Made by a program: the position numbers and the translations under genes. DNA of 64,000 nucleotides, from NCBI GenBank assembly GCA_016780245.1, contig JADHME010000001.1:12597-76596 (forward strand), in the 5' to 3' direction. Positions 50,282 to 61,271 of the stretch are shown here, piece by piece. This stretch comes from Flavobacteriaceae bacterium. Lineage in GTDB: Bacteria > Bacteroidota > Bacteroidia > Flavobacteriales > Flavobacteriaceae. The notes under the pieces were generated by a model, which had not been told where the DNA came from, did no database searches, and saw only the letters and a list, made by a program, of their open reading frames with translations. Every line of letters starts with the position of its first letter. The stretch's first letter is position 1.

Positions 50282-51795
50282 TGTCCAAACATATTGAAAT
50301 AATGGATACTACTCTGAGGGATGGAGAACAGACCTCAGGAGTATCATATTCACCTAAAGAAAAACTTACAATAGCTAAGCTTTTGTTGGATGATCTTAAA
50401 ATAGATCGAATAGAAGTCGCCTCTGCAAGGGTATCTGAGGGAGAACTTAATTCAGTTAAGGAAATATCTAGCTGGGCAGAAAAAAATAGCAGAATAGATA
50501 GTATTGAAGTTTTAACATTTATAGATGAAGGAAAATCTATACAATGGCTATTAGACTCAGGATGTAAAGTTCAAAATCTTTTAACTAAAGGTTCCTTAAA
50601 TCATTTAAAGCACCAATTAAAGAAAACCCCTGATCAACATTTTAATGACATATCAAAAACTATTGATATTGCGGAAAAAAATTCAATAACCACTAACATT
50701 TATCTTGAAGATTGGAGTAATGGAATGAAAAATAGTAAAGATTATGTTATAGATTATTTTAATTTTTTAAAAACAAAAAACATCAAAAGAGTCTTACTTC
50801 CTGATACCCTAGGAATTTTAACTCATTTTGAAACTTATGAATTCATAAATGAAGTAAGAAATAAATATCCAAATTTTCATATAGACTTTCATGGACATAA
50901 TGACTATGATTTAAGTGTTGGAAACTCATTAGAAGCTATTAGAGCTGGTTGCGATGGTCTTCACCTTACAATAAATGGAATGGGAGAAAGGGCTGGTAAT
51001 ACTCCCCTGTCAAGCGCTGTTGCAGCAATTAGAGACTTCTTACCAGAATACAAAATAAATGTTGAAGAAAAGAATCTGTTTAAAGCAAGCAAATTAATTT
51101 CAACATTTTCTGGACAAAGTGTATCATCTAATAAACCAATAGTTGGTGAAAATGTATTTACGCAAACAGCTGGTGTTCACGCAGATGGTGATAATAAAAA
51201 AGATTTATACTTCAACAACTTGAATCCAAGTAGATTTGGCAGGAAAAGAAAATATGCTCTTGGAAAGACTTCTGGAAAAGCTAATATTAAAAAGAACCTA
51301 GATGAATTAGGAATTAATCTAAATGATGATGAGCTTAGCGTTGTAACATCTAAAGTGATTGAATTAGGAGATAAAAAAGAGAAGGTTACAATTGAAGATC
51401 TTCCTTATATTATTAGTGATGTTCTTGAATATCCAACAAAAAAGAAAGACATAATAATTGAATCTTATGTTTTAACTCATGCAAAGACTCTTAGACCATC
51501 TGCTTCTCTTTCATTAATTATTAATGATGAACTTTATCAAGAAAACTGTACAGGTGATGGCCAATTTGATGCATTTATGAATGCATTAAAAAAAATATAC
51601 TCTAAAAGGAAAAAGATACTTCCAAAATTAATTGATTATGCTGTTCGTATCCCCCCAGGTAGTGATTCAGATGCATTTTGTGAAACCACTATTACTTGGG
51701 ATACTGGATCAAAAAAATTTAAAACAAGAGGACTTGATACAGATCAAACAGTGTCTGCCATCAAAGCAACAGAGAAAATGTTAAATACTGAATAA
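50281..51795 (+). CDS. citramalate synthase / 2-isopropylmalate synthase family protein with C-terminal LeuA_dimer-type regulatory domain
   Basis: [10 protein letters not shown] and HGHNDYDL DRE-TIM motifs plus a ~120-aa C-terminal regulatory-type domain. Inserted between leuD and leuB. Confidence 0.75.
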   Translation: MSKHIEIMDTTLRDGEQTSGVSYSPKEKLTIAKLLLDDLKIDRIEVASARVSEGELNSVKEISSWAEKNSRIDSIEVLTFIDEGKSIQWLLDSGCKVQNLLTKGSLNHLKHQLKKTPDQHFNDISKTIDIAEKNSITTNIYLEDWSNGMKNSKDYVIDYFNFLKTKNIKRVLLPDTLGILTHFETYEFINEVRNKYPNFHIDFHGHNDYDLSVGNSLEAIRAGCDGLHLTINGMGERAGNTPLSSAVAAIRDFLPEYKINVEEKNLFKASKLISTFSGQSVSSNKPIVGENVFTQTAGVHADGDNKKDLYFNNLNPSRFGRKRKYALGKTSGKANIKKNLDELGINLNDDELSVVTSKVIELGDKKEKVTIEDLPYIISDVLEYPTKKKDIIIESYVLTHAKTLRPSASLSLIINDELYQENCTGDGQFDAFMNALKKIYSKRKKILPKLIDYAVRIPPGSDSDAFCETTITWDTGSKKFKTRGLDTDQTVSAIKATEKMLNTE

Positions 51796-51797
51796 TT

Positions 51798-52865
51798 ATG
51801 ATTTTAAAAATAGCTGTATTATCTGGAGATGGAATTGGACCTGAAGTTACTGAACAATCTATTAAAGTACTTAAATCTTTAGGTAAAAAATTTAATCATA
51901 AAATTGAATTAGAAAGTGGATTAGTTGGAGCAGTTGCAATTGATAAATACAATGATCCCTATCCAGATGAAACTCATCAAGTATGTCTAAATTCAGATGC
52001 AATTCTTTTTGGTGCGATTGGGGATCCTAAATATGATAATAATCCAAAAGCTAAGGTAAGACCTGAACAAGGTTTACTCAAAATGAGAAAGAAACTAGGA
52101 CTATATGCAAACCTCCGCCCTACGAAGGTCTTTGAATCCTTATTAGAGATGTCACCAATTAAAGAAGAAAGAATATCTGGAACTGATATCCTTTTTGTAA
52201 GAGAATTAACCGGAGGTATTTACTTTGGAGAAAGAGGTAGAAGGGATAATGATAATTTTGCATTTGACACATGTGAATATAATAGAGATGAAATTATTAG
52301 AATTGCAAAAATAGGATTTGAGTATGCACAGAGAAGATCAAGTAAGTTATGTTGTGTTGATAAAGCAAATGTTCTTGAAACATCAAGACTATGGAGAGAA
52401 ACAGTTCAAAGTATGGAAAAAAACTATCCAAATATAGAGGTCTCATATGAATTTGTAGATGCTGTTGCTATGAGATTAGTTCAATGGCCAAATTCGTATG
52501 ATGTATTGATTACTTCAAATCTTTTTGGTGATATTTTAACAGATGAAGCTTCAGTCATTTCTGGTTCAATGGGGCTTATGCCATCTGCCTCAGTTGGTTC
52601 TGAAAACGCTCTATATGAGCCAATTCATGGCTCTTACCCAGAAGCAGCAGGAAAAAATATTGCTAATCCTATCGCTTCAATTTTATCTCTTTCAATGATG
52701 CTAGATCATTCATTTAATTTGAAAAAAGAATCAGAAATAATCAATAATGCAGTTGAAGAATCTCTTAAAAATAAATATGTAACTCCTGACCTGAGCTCAG
52801 ATGAAAAAACATTCTCAACAGATCAAGTTGGTGACTATATAGTAAATTTTATTGAAAAAAATTAG
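51798..52865 (+). CDS. leuB: 3-isopropylmalate dehydrogenase
   Basis: [13 protein letters not shown] start and [12 protein letters not shown] signature. Confidence 0.95.
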   Translation: MILKIAVLSGDGIGPEVTEQSIKVLKSLGKKFNHKIELESGLVGAVAIDKYNDPYPDETHQVCLNSDAILFGAIGDPKYDNNPKAKVRPEQGLLKMRKKLGLYANLRPTKVFESLLEMSPIKEERISGTDILFVRELTGGIYFGERGRRDNDNFAFDTCEYNRDEIIRIAKIGFEYAQRRSSKLCCVDKANVLETSRLWRETVQSMEKNYPNIEVSYEFVDAVAMRLVQWPNSYDVLITSNLFGDILTDEASVISGSMGLMPSASVGSENALYEPIHGSYPEAAGKNIANPIASILSLSMMLDHSFNLKKESEIINNAVEESLKNKYVTPDLSSDEKTFSTDQVGDYIVNFIEKN

Positions 52866-54439
52866 AGTATATAGTCTGTAGAAATAAAATTAGAGTCATT
52901 GGAGTCTAAAAGTTTTTTTAGTATCCTGTTATTATGAATATTATCCTTTGAAGCTACAAAAGTTCTTATAGAGAATGCTCTTAATGCATCATGAACACTT
53001 AAAGTACTTACAGCAGAATTTTTTCTACCTGTAAAAGGATAGATATCTGGACCTCTTTGACATGAGCTATTAAGATTAACCCTACACACAAGGTTTGCAA
53101 GAGTATCAATAAGTGGCCCTAGTTGTTTTGTATCACTTCCAAAAAGACTTACTTGTTGACCGTATTCTGAATTTGCCATATCATCAAGAGGTTCATCTAT
53201 ATCCTTAAATGAAATTACAGGAATTACAGGTCCAAACTGTTCTTCTTCATATACTCTCATATTTTGGTTTACAGGATATAATATTGCGGGAAAACAATAG
53301 TTTTCAGTGACTTGTCCTCCTTTTTTATTAACTATTGATGCGCCTTTAGAGACAGCGTCATCAATTAAATCTCTTATATATTTTGGTTTGGATGGTTCAG
53401 GCAAGGGTGTTAAAAAAGAATCCTCTTCCCATGGCATTCCAAATTTTAAACTGTCAACCGCTTGTGCGAACTTCTTATTAAATTCATGTACTATTGATTC
53501 ATGAACATATAAAACTTTAAGTGCAGTACATCTTTGACCATTATATGACAGACAACCTGAAATACATTCTTGAATAGTTAAGTCAAGGTCAGCGTCAGGC
53601 AGTATAATCCCCGGATTTTTTGCTTCTAGTCCTAAAACGAGTCTAAGCCTATTTTTATTAGGATGCTGATCTTGAAGTGCAACTGCAGATGAACTATGTC
53701 CAATTAGTGCAAGAACATCAACATAACCTGTTTGCATTATAGGAGGACATATTTTTCTTCCTCTTCCAAAGAGAATATTAACAACCCCAGGAGGAAAACA
53801 TTCCTTAAAGGCATTTAATAAAGGAGCGATTAAAAGCACTCCATGCTTTGCAGGTTTAAAAATAGTTGTATTACCCATTAAAATAGCTGGTATTAGCAAA
53901 CAAAAAGTTTCGTTCAATGGATAATTATATGGACCTAAGCATAAAACAACACCTAAAGGACCCCTTCTAATATGTGCGTGAATACCTGAATCTTTCTCAA
54001 ATCTTGCAGAAGATCTATCAATCTTTTTGTATTCATTAATTGTATCGTAAATATAGTCTACTGTTCTATCAAACTCTTTTTCAGAGTCTTTTTTGTTTTT
54101 TCCTATCTCCCACATTAAGAGGTTAACTACAACATCTCTATGTTCCTGAATCTTATCAGCAAACCTTTTCATACATTTAAGTCTATCTCTAACCTTCATA
54201 GTAGGCCATTTACCTTGACCTCTATCAAATGCTTTTTTGGCTGATTCTAGGGCTTCTAATGCTGACTTTGAGTCCATATCTGGTATTGAACCTAGAAGCG
54301 TTTGAGAATAAGGTTTGTTAGGGTCAGAGCTTATTGTTGAATAAACTTCTGAAGTATCTCCATCCCATTTTATTAATTTTCCGCCCACAAGATATTCCCT
54401 GCAGTTTAATTGATCTACTTTAATAGTTTTTGTTGACAT
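52862..54439 (-). CDS. aldehyde dehydrogenase family protein, GapN-like (non-phosphorylating GAPDH type)
   Basis: 525 aa. [18 protein letters not shown], catalytic-Cys context [12 protein letters not shown] and C-terminal [15 protein letters not shown] resemble GapN. The usual ELGGK motif reads GLEAK here. Starts 5 nt after the ilvA stop. Confidence 0.72.
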   Translation of the reverse strand: MSTKTIKVDQLNCREYLVGGKLIKWDGDTSEVYSTISSDPNKPYSQTLLGSIPDMDSKSALEALESAKKAFDRGQGKWPTMKVRDRLKCMKRFADKIQEHRDVVVNLLMWEIGKNKKDSEKEFDRTVDYIYDTINEYKKIDRSSARFEKDSGIHAHIRRGPLGVVLCLGPYNYPLNETFCLLIPAILMGNTTIFKPAKHGVLLIAPLLNAFKECFPPGVVNILFGRGRKICPPIMQTGYVDVLALIGHSSSAVALQDQHPNKNRLRLVLGLEAKNPGIILPDADLDLTIQECISGCLSYNGQRCTALKVLYVHESIVHEFNKKFAQAVDSLKFGMPWEEDSFLTPLPEPSKPKYIRDLIDDAVSKGASIVNKKGGQVTENYCFPAILYPVNQNMRVYEEEQFGPVIPVISFKDIDEPLDDMANSEYGQQVSLFGSDTKQLGPLIDTLANLVCRVNLNSSCQRGPDIYPFTGRKNSAVSTLSVHDALRAFSIRTFVASKDNIHNNRILKKLLDSNDSNFISTDYIL

Positions 54440-54444
54440 ATATT

Positions 54445-55692
54445 TTAAATTAAAAAACGAAGAGTTTCTGGTTTCTCGTTTAAATACTCTCCAAAGAAAC
54501 CATTTTCTTTCATCTTTTTTACTAAATCATTTAAATCTTTAGAAAATTTTAACTCAATACCTACGATTGCTGTTCCATTTTCTCTGTTATTTTTTTTGAC
54601 ATATTCAAAGAAGGTAATATCATCATTTTTACCGAGTACATTGTTTACAAATTCTTTAAGTGCACCTGCTCTTTGAGGAAACTTAACAATGAAATAATGT
54701 TTAAGGTTTGAATAAAATAATGCCCTCTCTCTTATCTCTGCCATCCTTGTAAAATCATTATTTCCACCACAAATTAATACACCAACATTTTTATCCTTAA
54801 ACATTTTATTATTTAACTCAAGTGCTGATATTCCTATAGCACCTGCAGGCTCAACCACTATTCCATCTTTGTCATAAAGATCTAGTATAGTTTGACATAT
54901 TTTACCTTCAGGAACTAATAAAATTTCATCTAAATATTTTTTACAAATATCAAAAGGAATTTTACCAATTTTTTTTATTGAAACCCCATCAACAAAGTTA
55001 TCAATAGAGTCTAGTTTAATAATTTTTCCATCTTTTAAAGACTTACTCATTGCAGGAGCTCCTTTTGCCTCAACACCAATAATCTTTGTTTTGGGAGACA
55101 ATTCTTTAAAGACAGTAATTATTCCAGAAATTAAACCTCCTCCTCCTACTGGAACAATCAAATAATCAAAATGCTTATCAACTTGATCTAGAATTTCTAA
55201 TCCTATAGTTCCTTGACCTTCAATAACATTAACATCATCAAATGCATGAACAAATAAATCTTTATCAGTATTTTGCTTTTGAGCTTCATATTGGGCATCG
55301 TCAAAATTGTCTCCGATTAATATAATTTCAACATATTCACCTCCAAAAATTTTAACCCTTTCAATTTTTTGTTTTGGAGTTGTAACAGGCATATAAATTT
55401 TTCCATAAATTTTTAGCTTATTGCAAGAATATGCAAAACCCTGAGCATGATTACCAGCACTTGCACAAACTAGTGTTTTATTCTTTAGATAGTCTGAGTC
55501 AATAGATCTAATTTTATTAAAAGCACCACGAATTTTAAAAGATCTAACTTGCTGAAGATCTTCACGTTTTAAGTAAATTTTACAATTTAGATCATTTGAA
55601 AGTCTCTCATTTATAACTAAGGGAGTTAAAACTGAGACACCTTGAAGATTTTCAGAAGCAATCCTAACTCCTTTTAAATCAGGAAGTTGCAT
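54445..55692 (-). CDS. ilvA: threonine ammonia-lyase (biosynthetic, single regulatory domain)
   Basis: PLP-lysine context [16 protein letters not shown] loop, one C-terminal ACT-like domain. 415 aa. Confidence 0.9.
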   Translation of the reverse strand: MQLPDLKGVRIASENLQGVSVLTPLVINERLSNDLNCKIYLKREDLQQVRSFKIRGAFNKIRSIDSDYLKNKTLVCASAGNHAQGFAYSCNKLKIYGKIYMPVTTPKQKIERVKIFGGEYVEIILIGDNFDDAQYEAQKQNTDKDLFVHAFDDVNVIEGQGTIGLEILDQVDKHFDYLIVPVGGGGLISGIITVFKELSPKTKIIGVEAKGAPAMSKSLKDGKIIKLDSIDNFVDGVSIKKIGKIPFDICKKYLDEILLVPEGKICQTILDLYDKDGIVVEPAGAIGISALELNNKMFKDKNVGVLICGGNNDFTRMAEIRERALFYSNLKHYFIVKFPQRAGALKEFVNNVLGKNDDITFFEYVKKNNRENGTAIVGIELKFSKDLNDLVKKMKENGFFGEYLNEKPETLRFLI

Positions 55693-55695
55693 TTC

Positions 55696-57168
55696 TTAAA
55701 CAGATTTCATTGAAGTCATGTACTGCCTAAGTTCATCACCAATTATTTCAATTGAGTGGTATCTAATTGTTTCGTTAATCTCAATTAATTTTTTATTATC
55801 AACAGAGCTAGAACTCTTACTTATTGAGTCTGAACCAATTATGTCAGTTTCTACTTTATCAAAGAATTTAGAGAGAAGTGGAATTGCATCATTATTAAAA
55901 AGATAGCATCCATATTCTGCAGTATCAGAAATAATATTATTCATTTCGTATAATTTTTTTCTGGAAACTAGATTAGCTATAAGCGGAAGTTCATGAAGAG
56001 ATTCATAGTATGCAGACTCTTCTTTTATACCTGCTTCAACCATTGTTTCAAAGGCTAACTCAACACCAGCCTTAACAAGTGCTATCATTAAAATTCCATT
56101 ATCAAAATATTCTTGCTCAGAAATTTCATCTGATGTAGGATCTGTCTTCTCAAAATCAGTCTTACTTGTTTCTTCTCTCCAACTTAAAAGTTCTTGATCA
56201 TCATTCTCCCAATCCTTCATCATAGTCTCGGAGAATTTACCTGATAAGACATTATCCATATGCTTAATAAATAATGGAGATAATATTTCTTTAAGTTCCT
56301 CAGATAATTCAAATGCTTTAACTTTTGCAGGGTTTGATAATCTGTCCATCATATTTGTTATACCTCCATGCTTTAAAGCTTCTGTAACAGTCTCCCATCC
56401 ATATTGAATAAGTTTTGCAGAGTAGCTAGGTTCAATTCCAAGTTCTTTCATTTTATTAAAGCACAGAATTGATCCTGTTTGGAGCATTCCACATAATATT
56501 GTCTGCTCACCCATTAAATCAGATTTAACTTCAGCAACAAAAGATGATTCTAAAACTCCTGCTTTATCAGATCCGAGAGATACCGCATATGCTTTAGCTG
56601 CATCAAAACCAATTCCATTAATATTATTTTCAGGATGAACAGCAATAAGTGTAGGAACTCCAAAACCTCTTAAGTACTCTTCTCTTACCTCAGATCCTGG
56701 AGATTTTGGTGCGACCATAATAACGGTAATATCTTCTCTAACTTTAATACCCTCTTCTACTATGTTAAATCCATGAGAATAAGAAAGAATAGAGTCTTTT
56801 TTCATTAATGGCATAAGTTGTTCAACAACTGGAGTATGGTTTTTATCTGGAGTCAAATTTATTACCAGGTCAGAATTTGGTATTATTTCTTCGAAATTAC
56901 CAACATTAAACTTATTTGTACTTGCATTAACGAACGATTGTCTTATAGAATCAATAGATGACTGCCTGAGAGCATATGAAATATCAAGACCAGAGTCTCT
57001 CATATTAAGGCCTTGATGTAAACCTTGGGCTCCACAACCAACAATAGCTATTTTTTTATTCTTGAGAAATTCCACCCCATCACTAAATTCAGATGAGCTC
57101 ATAAATCTACATTTTCCTAATTGCATTAGTTTCTCTCTAAATGATAGAGTGTTAAAGTAATTTTTCAT
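55696..57168 (-). CDS. ilvC: ketol-acid reductoisomerase, long (class II) form
   Basis: 490 aa. NADPH motif GCGAQG and a duplicated knotted C-terminal domain length. Confidence 0.93.
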   Translation of the reverse strand: MKNYFNTLSFREKLMQLGKCRFMSSSEFSDGVEFLKNKKIAIVGCGAQGLHQGLNMRDSGLDISYALRQSSIDSIRQSFVNASTNKFNVGNFEEIIPNSDLVINLTPDKNHTPVVEQLMPLMKKDSILSYSHGFNIVEEGIKVREDITVIMVAPKSPGSEVREEYLRGFGVPTLIAVHPENNINGIGFDAAKAYAVSLGSDKAGVLESSFVAEVKSDLMGEQTILCGMLQTGSILCFNKMKELGIEPSYSAKLIQYGWETVTEALKHGGITNMMDRLSNPAKVKAFELSEELKEILSPLFIKHMDNVLSGKFSETMMKDWENDDQELLSWREETSKTDFEKTDPTSDEISEQEYFDNGILMIALVKAGVELAFETMVEAGIKEESAYYESLHELPLIANLVSRKKLYEMNNIISDTAEYGCYLFNNDAIPLLSKFFDKVETDIIGSDSISKSSSSVDNKKLIEINETIRYHSIEIIGDELRQYMTSMKSV

Positions 57169-57173
57169 TGTTT

Positions 57174-57707
57174 TTATTTTTGGTTTTTAAAAGTATTTAA
57201 AATTTCCGAGATTCCCATCTTTTCTTTACTCACAGCTATTCTTCCAGATCTAGTAAATTGAAGAAGGCCAAAAGGCGCAAGATCTTTATAAAGTTTTTCA
57301 GTATCTTCTCTAAATCCAGTTTTTTCAATCACAAAAAACTCTGTATTTACTGTAACAATTCTTGCATTAGAATCTTTAATTATATTTTGTATGTGTCTCT
57401 CCTCAAATAATGAAGATGACTTCATTTTATATAATGCAGATTCTTGAAATATCGTTTCATCATCTCTGTGGTAAAAAGCTTTTATTACTTCGACCTGTTT
57501 CTCAATTTGCTTAATCACCCTTTCTACGCCAGATTTTGTCATTTTAACAACAATAATAAATCTATATACATTCTTTATTTCAGATTCTGATGTTGTAAAA
57601 CTCTCAATATTTATGTGTCTTTTTAGAAAAATTGCTGAAATTCTATGAAGAAGACCAACGTTATTTTCAGTGTAAACAGATACGGTGTAATTTTTTCTTT
57701 TTTCCAT
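57174..57707 (-). CDS. ilvN: acetolactate synthase small (regulatory) subunit
   Basis: N-terminal ACT domain ([26 protein letters not shown]) plus ALS_ss_C-like C-terminus. Confidence 0.88.
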   Translation of the reverse strand: MEKRKNYTVSVYTENNVGLLHRISAIFLKRHINIESFTTSESEIKNVYRFIIVVKMTKSGVERVIKQIEKQVEVIKAFYHRDDETIFQESALYKMKSSSLFEERHIQNIIKDSNARIVTVNTEFFVIEKTGFREDTEKLYKDLAPFGLLQFTRSGRIAVSKEKMGISEILNTFKNQK

Positions 57708-57708
57708 T

Positions 57709-59403
57709 TTAATCTAGCCTAATATCTGAAACAGAAGCTCCAGAGGGAATCATTGGGAATACATTATCTTCTTTTTCCACACAAACTTCAAGAACATATG
57801 GTTTTTTTGACTTAATCATTCTCTCAACAGCAGGCTTTAAGTCTTTTCTATTCTTTACTCTTTCAGAATCAATATAATAACCCTTAGCAATTGTAACAAA
57901 GTCAGGATTTATCATTTCAGTTGAGGCATATCTTTTATCAAAGAACAATTGTTGCCATTGTCTAACCATTCCAAGAAAATCATTATTCAAAATAACAATC
58001 TTAACAGGAATTTGAAGTTGAAAAATTGTTCCAAGCTCTTGAATGGTCATTTGATAACCACCATCACCAATTACTGCAACAACCTCTCTTTCCAATGCTC
58101 CCATTTTAGCTCCCATCGCAGCAGGAAGTGCAAATCCCATAGTTCCAAGGCCTCCAGATGTAATATTACTCTTTGATTTTATAAAATTTGCATATCTACA
58201 TGCAACCATTTGATGCTGTCCAACATCTGTGACTATAATCGCATCACCGTTAGTAAATTCATTTATGGCAATAATTGACTCTCCCATTGTTAGTCCTTTT
58301 TTATTTGGACTTAAATCTGATTTAATTACTTTATCAAACTCAATTTTCATTAAATCATCAAATTTTGAAATCCATTTTTTATGGGATCTTTTATCTATTT
58401 TATTGGTAATCATTTGAAGAGATTCTTTACAGTTACCAATTACCGGAACATCAACCTTTATATTCTTATCAACCTCTGCAGGATCAATTTCAAGATGTAT
58501 AACTTTAGCTTGAGATGCATATTTACTGGGGTCACCAGTAACACGATCATCAAATCTCATCCCAACAGCAATTAAAAGATCACACTTATTAGTCAGAATG
58601 TTAGGTCCATAATTTCCATGCATACCTACCATACCAACATTTAACTCATGTGAAGTTGGTAAAGCTGACAAACCAAGAATTGTCCATGCTGCAGGAATCC
58701 CACTTTTTTCAACAAAATTTTTAAATTCTTCTTCAGCATTTCCCAGGATTACCCCTTGCCCCCATACAATCAATGGCTTTTTTGCTTGATTAATTAGCTT
58801 TACAGCATGATCTATCGAATCATCATTAACTTCAGGATAAGGAATATAGCTTCTAATTCCATTACATTTTTTATAATCATATTCAAAAAGCTCAAATTGC
58901 GCATCTTTTGTAATGTCAATCAATACAGGACCTGGTCTACCAGATTTTGCAATATAAAATGCTTTCGCAAAGATTTCAGGTATTTCTGATGCCTTAGTTA
59001 TTTGATAATTCCATTTTGTAACTGGCATTGAAATCCCAATAATATCAGTTTCTTGAAAAGCATCTGAGCCTAAAAGATGAGAAGGTACTTGACCGGTTAT
59101 ACATACAACAGGTGTTGAATCAATTTGAGCATCTGCAATACCAGTAACAAGATTAGTTGCACCAGGACCAGATGTAGCAATTGCAACCCCTACTCTACCA
59201 GAGGATCTTGCATATCCCTGAGCTGCATGAATAGCACCTTGCTCGTGTCTAGCAAGAACATGTTTTAGCTTATCTTGAAATTTATAAAACTCATCGTATA
59301 CAGGCATTATAGCACCTCCAGGATATCCCCAGACAAGGTCTACTCCCTCATTTAATAAACAATGGATTACAGCTTCAGCACCACTAATTTTTTTATTTTT
59401 CAT
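57709..59403 (-). CDS. ilvB: acetolactate synthase large (catalytic) subunit
   Basis: ThDP enzyme. GYPGGAIMPVYD, RHEQGA.HAA, IGDGGYQM...NN ThDP-binding motif. Confidence 0.93.
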   Translation of the reverse strand: MKNKKISGAEAVIHCLLNEGVDLVWGYPGGAIMPVYDEFYKFQDKLKHVLARHEQGAIHAAQGYARSSGRVGVAIATSGPGATNLVTGIADAQIDSTPVVCITGQVPSHLLGSDAFQETDIIGISMPVTKWNYQITKASEIPEIFAKAFYIAKSGRPGPVLIDITKDAQFELFEYDYKKCNGIRSYIPYPEVNDDSIDHAVKLINQAKKPLIVWGQGVILGNAEEEFKNFVEKSGIPAAWTILGLSALPTSHELNVGMVGMHGNYGPNILTNKCDLLIAVGMRFDDRVTGDPSKYASQAKVIHLEIDPAEVDKNIKVDVPVIGNCKESLQMITNKIDKRSHKKWISKFDDLMKIEFDKVIKSDLSPNKKGLTMGESIIAINEFTNGDAIIVTDVGQHQMVACRYANFIKSKSNITSGGLGTMGFALPAAMGAKMGALEREVVAVIGDGGYQMTIQELGTIFQLQIPVKIVILNNDFLGMVRQWQQLFFDKRYASTEMINPDFVTIAKGYYIDSERVKNRKDLKPAVERMIKSKKPYVLEVCVEKEDNVFPMIPSGASVSDIRLD

Positions 59404-59408
59404 ATTAA

Positions 59409-61082
59409 TTATTCATCAGTTACACATCCGTTAGATGCATTAGAAACTGACTTTAAATATTTATACAGAATACCTTTTTTAATTTTTAAATCTGGTTGCT
59501 TCCATTTTTCTTTTCTCTCTATAATTTCTTTATCAGAAATATCAACAAAAATCTTATTTTTTTCTGAATCAATAGTTATGATATCACCATTTTCTACTAT
59601 TGCTATAGTTCCACCTTCAAATGCCTCAGGTACAATGTGACCAACTACAAATCCATGAGTTCCTCCAGAGAATCTTCCATCAGTAATTAAAGCAACTTCT
59701 TTCCCTAATCCAGCACCCATTATGGCTGATGTAGGTTTTAACATCTCTGGCATTCCCGGACCTCCCTTAGGCCCTTCGTATCTTATTACTACAACATCTC
59801 CCTTTGAGACTTCAGAATTTTTGATAGCTGAAAGACATTCAAACTCGCTATTAAAAACTTTAGCTGGACCTGAAAATATTAAACCTTCTTTACCAGTTAT
59901 TTTTGCAACACATCCATCTTCAGCTAAATTTCCCTTTAGTATCTGAATATGACCACTATTCTTAATAGGATTTGATATTGGAAAAATTAGATCATTTGAA
60001 CTTACATCTGGAGACTTAATTTTGGATAAGTTTTCTTCTAATGTATTACCAGTAACAGTTAGACAATCCCCATGAAGCATTTTATTTTCAAGCATATATT
60101 TTAATACGTATGGAACACCCCCTATTTTATGTAAATCTTTCATTAGATATTTTCCACTGGGTTTAAGATTAGCTAAATACGGAGTTGAGTCACTTATTTC
60201 TTGAAAATAATCAATTGACAAATCTAAATTTGCTGCTCTAGATATTGCTAGAAAATGAAGCACTGCATTAGTTGATCCCCCAAGAACAGTAATCAGTCTT
60301 AATGCGTTTTCAAGAGATTTCTTTGTAACAATATCAGAAGGCTTAATATCATTCTCAATTAGATTTTTAATTGATTCACCAATCTCTGAACATTCATTTA
60401 TTTTTTCTTTGCTTATTGCAGGATTAGATGAGTTGTAAGGAAGCGACATACCTAATGCTTCAATAGCTGAAGCCATAGTATTTGCTGTATACATCCCCCC
60501 ACATGCCCCAGCTCCCGGACAAGCATTTTTAATTACATTTTTATACTCAGTCTCATCTATTTTTCCTGAAACTTTTTCACCCCATGCTTCAAATGCTGAC
60601 ACAACATCCAGCTCTTTATTATTATAACATCCAGAGTCAATTGTTCCTCCATAAACTAATATGCTTGGTCTATCAAGCCTTAGCATAGCCATTAGGGCTC
60701 CAGGCATATTTTTATCACATCCAACAACTGTTATTAACCCATCATATGACATTGCTTGAACCACAGTCTCCATTGAATCTGCAATAATATCCCTAGAAGG
60801 AAGGGAATACCTCATTCCAAAAGTTCCCATAGAAATCCCATCACTAACACCAATGGTATTAAAAATTAATCCAACATATTTTGAAGCAGTTATACTATCT
60901 TTAATTTTAACTGATAAATCATTAAGATGCATATTACAGGGGTTACCCTCATAACCAGTACTTGCAATTCCAATAAATGGTTTGTCAAAATCTTCATCAT
61001 TCAAACCAATAGCATGAAGCATAGCTTGTGCAGCTGGTTGGGAATCATCCTTAGTAACTACTCTACTAAATTTATTATACAT
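59409..61082 (-). CDS. ilvD: dihydroxy-acid dehydratase
   Basis: ILVD/EDD signatures CDKNMPG and [14 protein letters not shown]. 557 aa. Confidence 0.95.
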   Translation of the reverse strand: MYNKFSRVVTKDDSQPAAQAMLHAIGLNDEDFDKPFIGIASTGYEGNPCNMHLNDLSVKIKDSITASKYVGLIFNTIGVSDGISMGTFGMRYSLPSRDIIADSMETVVQAMSYDGLITVVGCDKNMPGALMAMLRLDRPSILVYGGTIDSGCYNNKELDVVSAFEAWGEKVSGKIDETEYKNVIKNACPGAGACGGMYTANTMASAIEALGMSLPYNSSNPAISKEKINECSEIGESIKNLIENDIKPSDIVTKKSLENALRLITVLGGSTNAVLHFLAISRAANLDLSIDYFQEISDSTPYLANLKPSGKYLMKDLHKIGGVPYVLKYMLENKMLHGDCLTVTGNTLEENLSKIKSPDVSSNDLIFPISNPIKNSGHIQILKGNLAEDGCVAKITGKEGLIFSGPAKVFNSEFECLSAIKNSEVSKGDVVVIRYEGPKGGPGMPEMLKPTSAIMGAGLGKEVALITDGRFSGGTHGFVVGHIVPEAFEGGTIAIVENGDIITIDSEKNKIFVDISDKEIIERKEKWKQPDLKIKKGILYKYLKSVSNASNGCVTDE

Positions 61083-61155
61083 ACACTTAAAACTATTTTA
61101 AAATTATCACCCTAGAATGATGTTTTTTAGGACAATTATTTTCTTAAATTATATT

Positions 61156-61163
61156 CAAAAATA
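61156..61163 (-). promoter_or_regulatory. -7 box TATTTTTG upstream of ilvD
   Basis: Plus-strand CAAAAATA, 73 nt upstream of the ilvD ATG. Implies a ~65-nt leader. Confidence 0.3.
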
Positions 61164-61255
61164 AACATCGACTCTTAATAAACTATATATCAGTATATTA
61201 TACTATATATTTTAGCATACCCAAATAATAAATTATAATATTGATTTTAAATAAT

Positions 61256-61263
61256 TAGATTTG
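61256..61263 (+). promoter_or_regulatory. -7 box TAGATTTG upstream of the class-3 aldehyde dehydrogenase gene
   Basis: Exact TAnnTTTG match only 8 nt upstream of ATG 61272 (very short leader if functional). Confidence 0.25.
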
Positions 61264-61271
61264 AAATAATT

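Noticed and set aside
1122-59946. Dozens of 60-210-aa ORFs in the track lie antisense to, or out of frame within, the large genes. Examples are 1122..1388, the 3445..4529 series inside lon, 9047..9376, 16445..16684, 34933..35562 (209 aa), 40812..41072, and the 57949..58989 series inside ilvB.
   Set aside because: Each is fully contained in a gene with clear family motifs on the other strand or frame. Their translations are low-complexity, F/L/I/S-rich, and have no recognisable motifs. In AT-rich DNA the antisense of a coding strand is often stop-poor. No independent support exists for overlapping genes.
61198-61218. Mini-ORF MLKYIV* upstream of ilvD as a Leu/Ile/Val attenuation leader peptide.
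   Set aside because: It has only 6 codons, with one each of L, I and V. It lies upstream of, and so outside, the transcript predicted from the best -7 box (61156..61163). No terminator/antiterminator hairpins are visible downstream. Such tiny ORFs are expected by chance in this AT-rich spacer.
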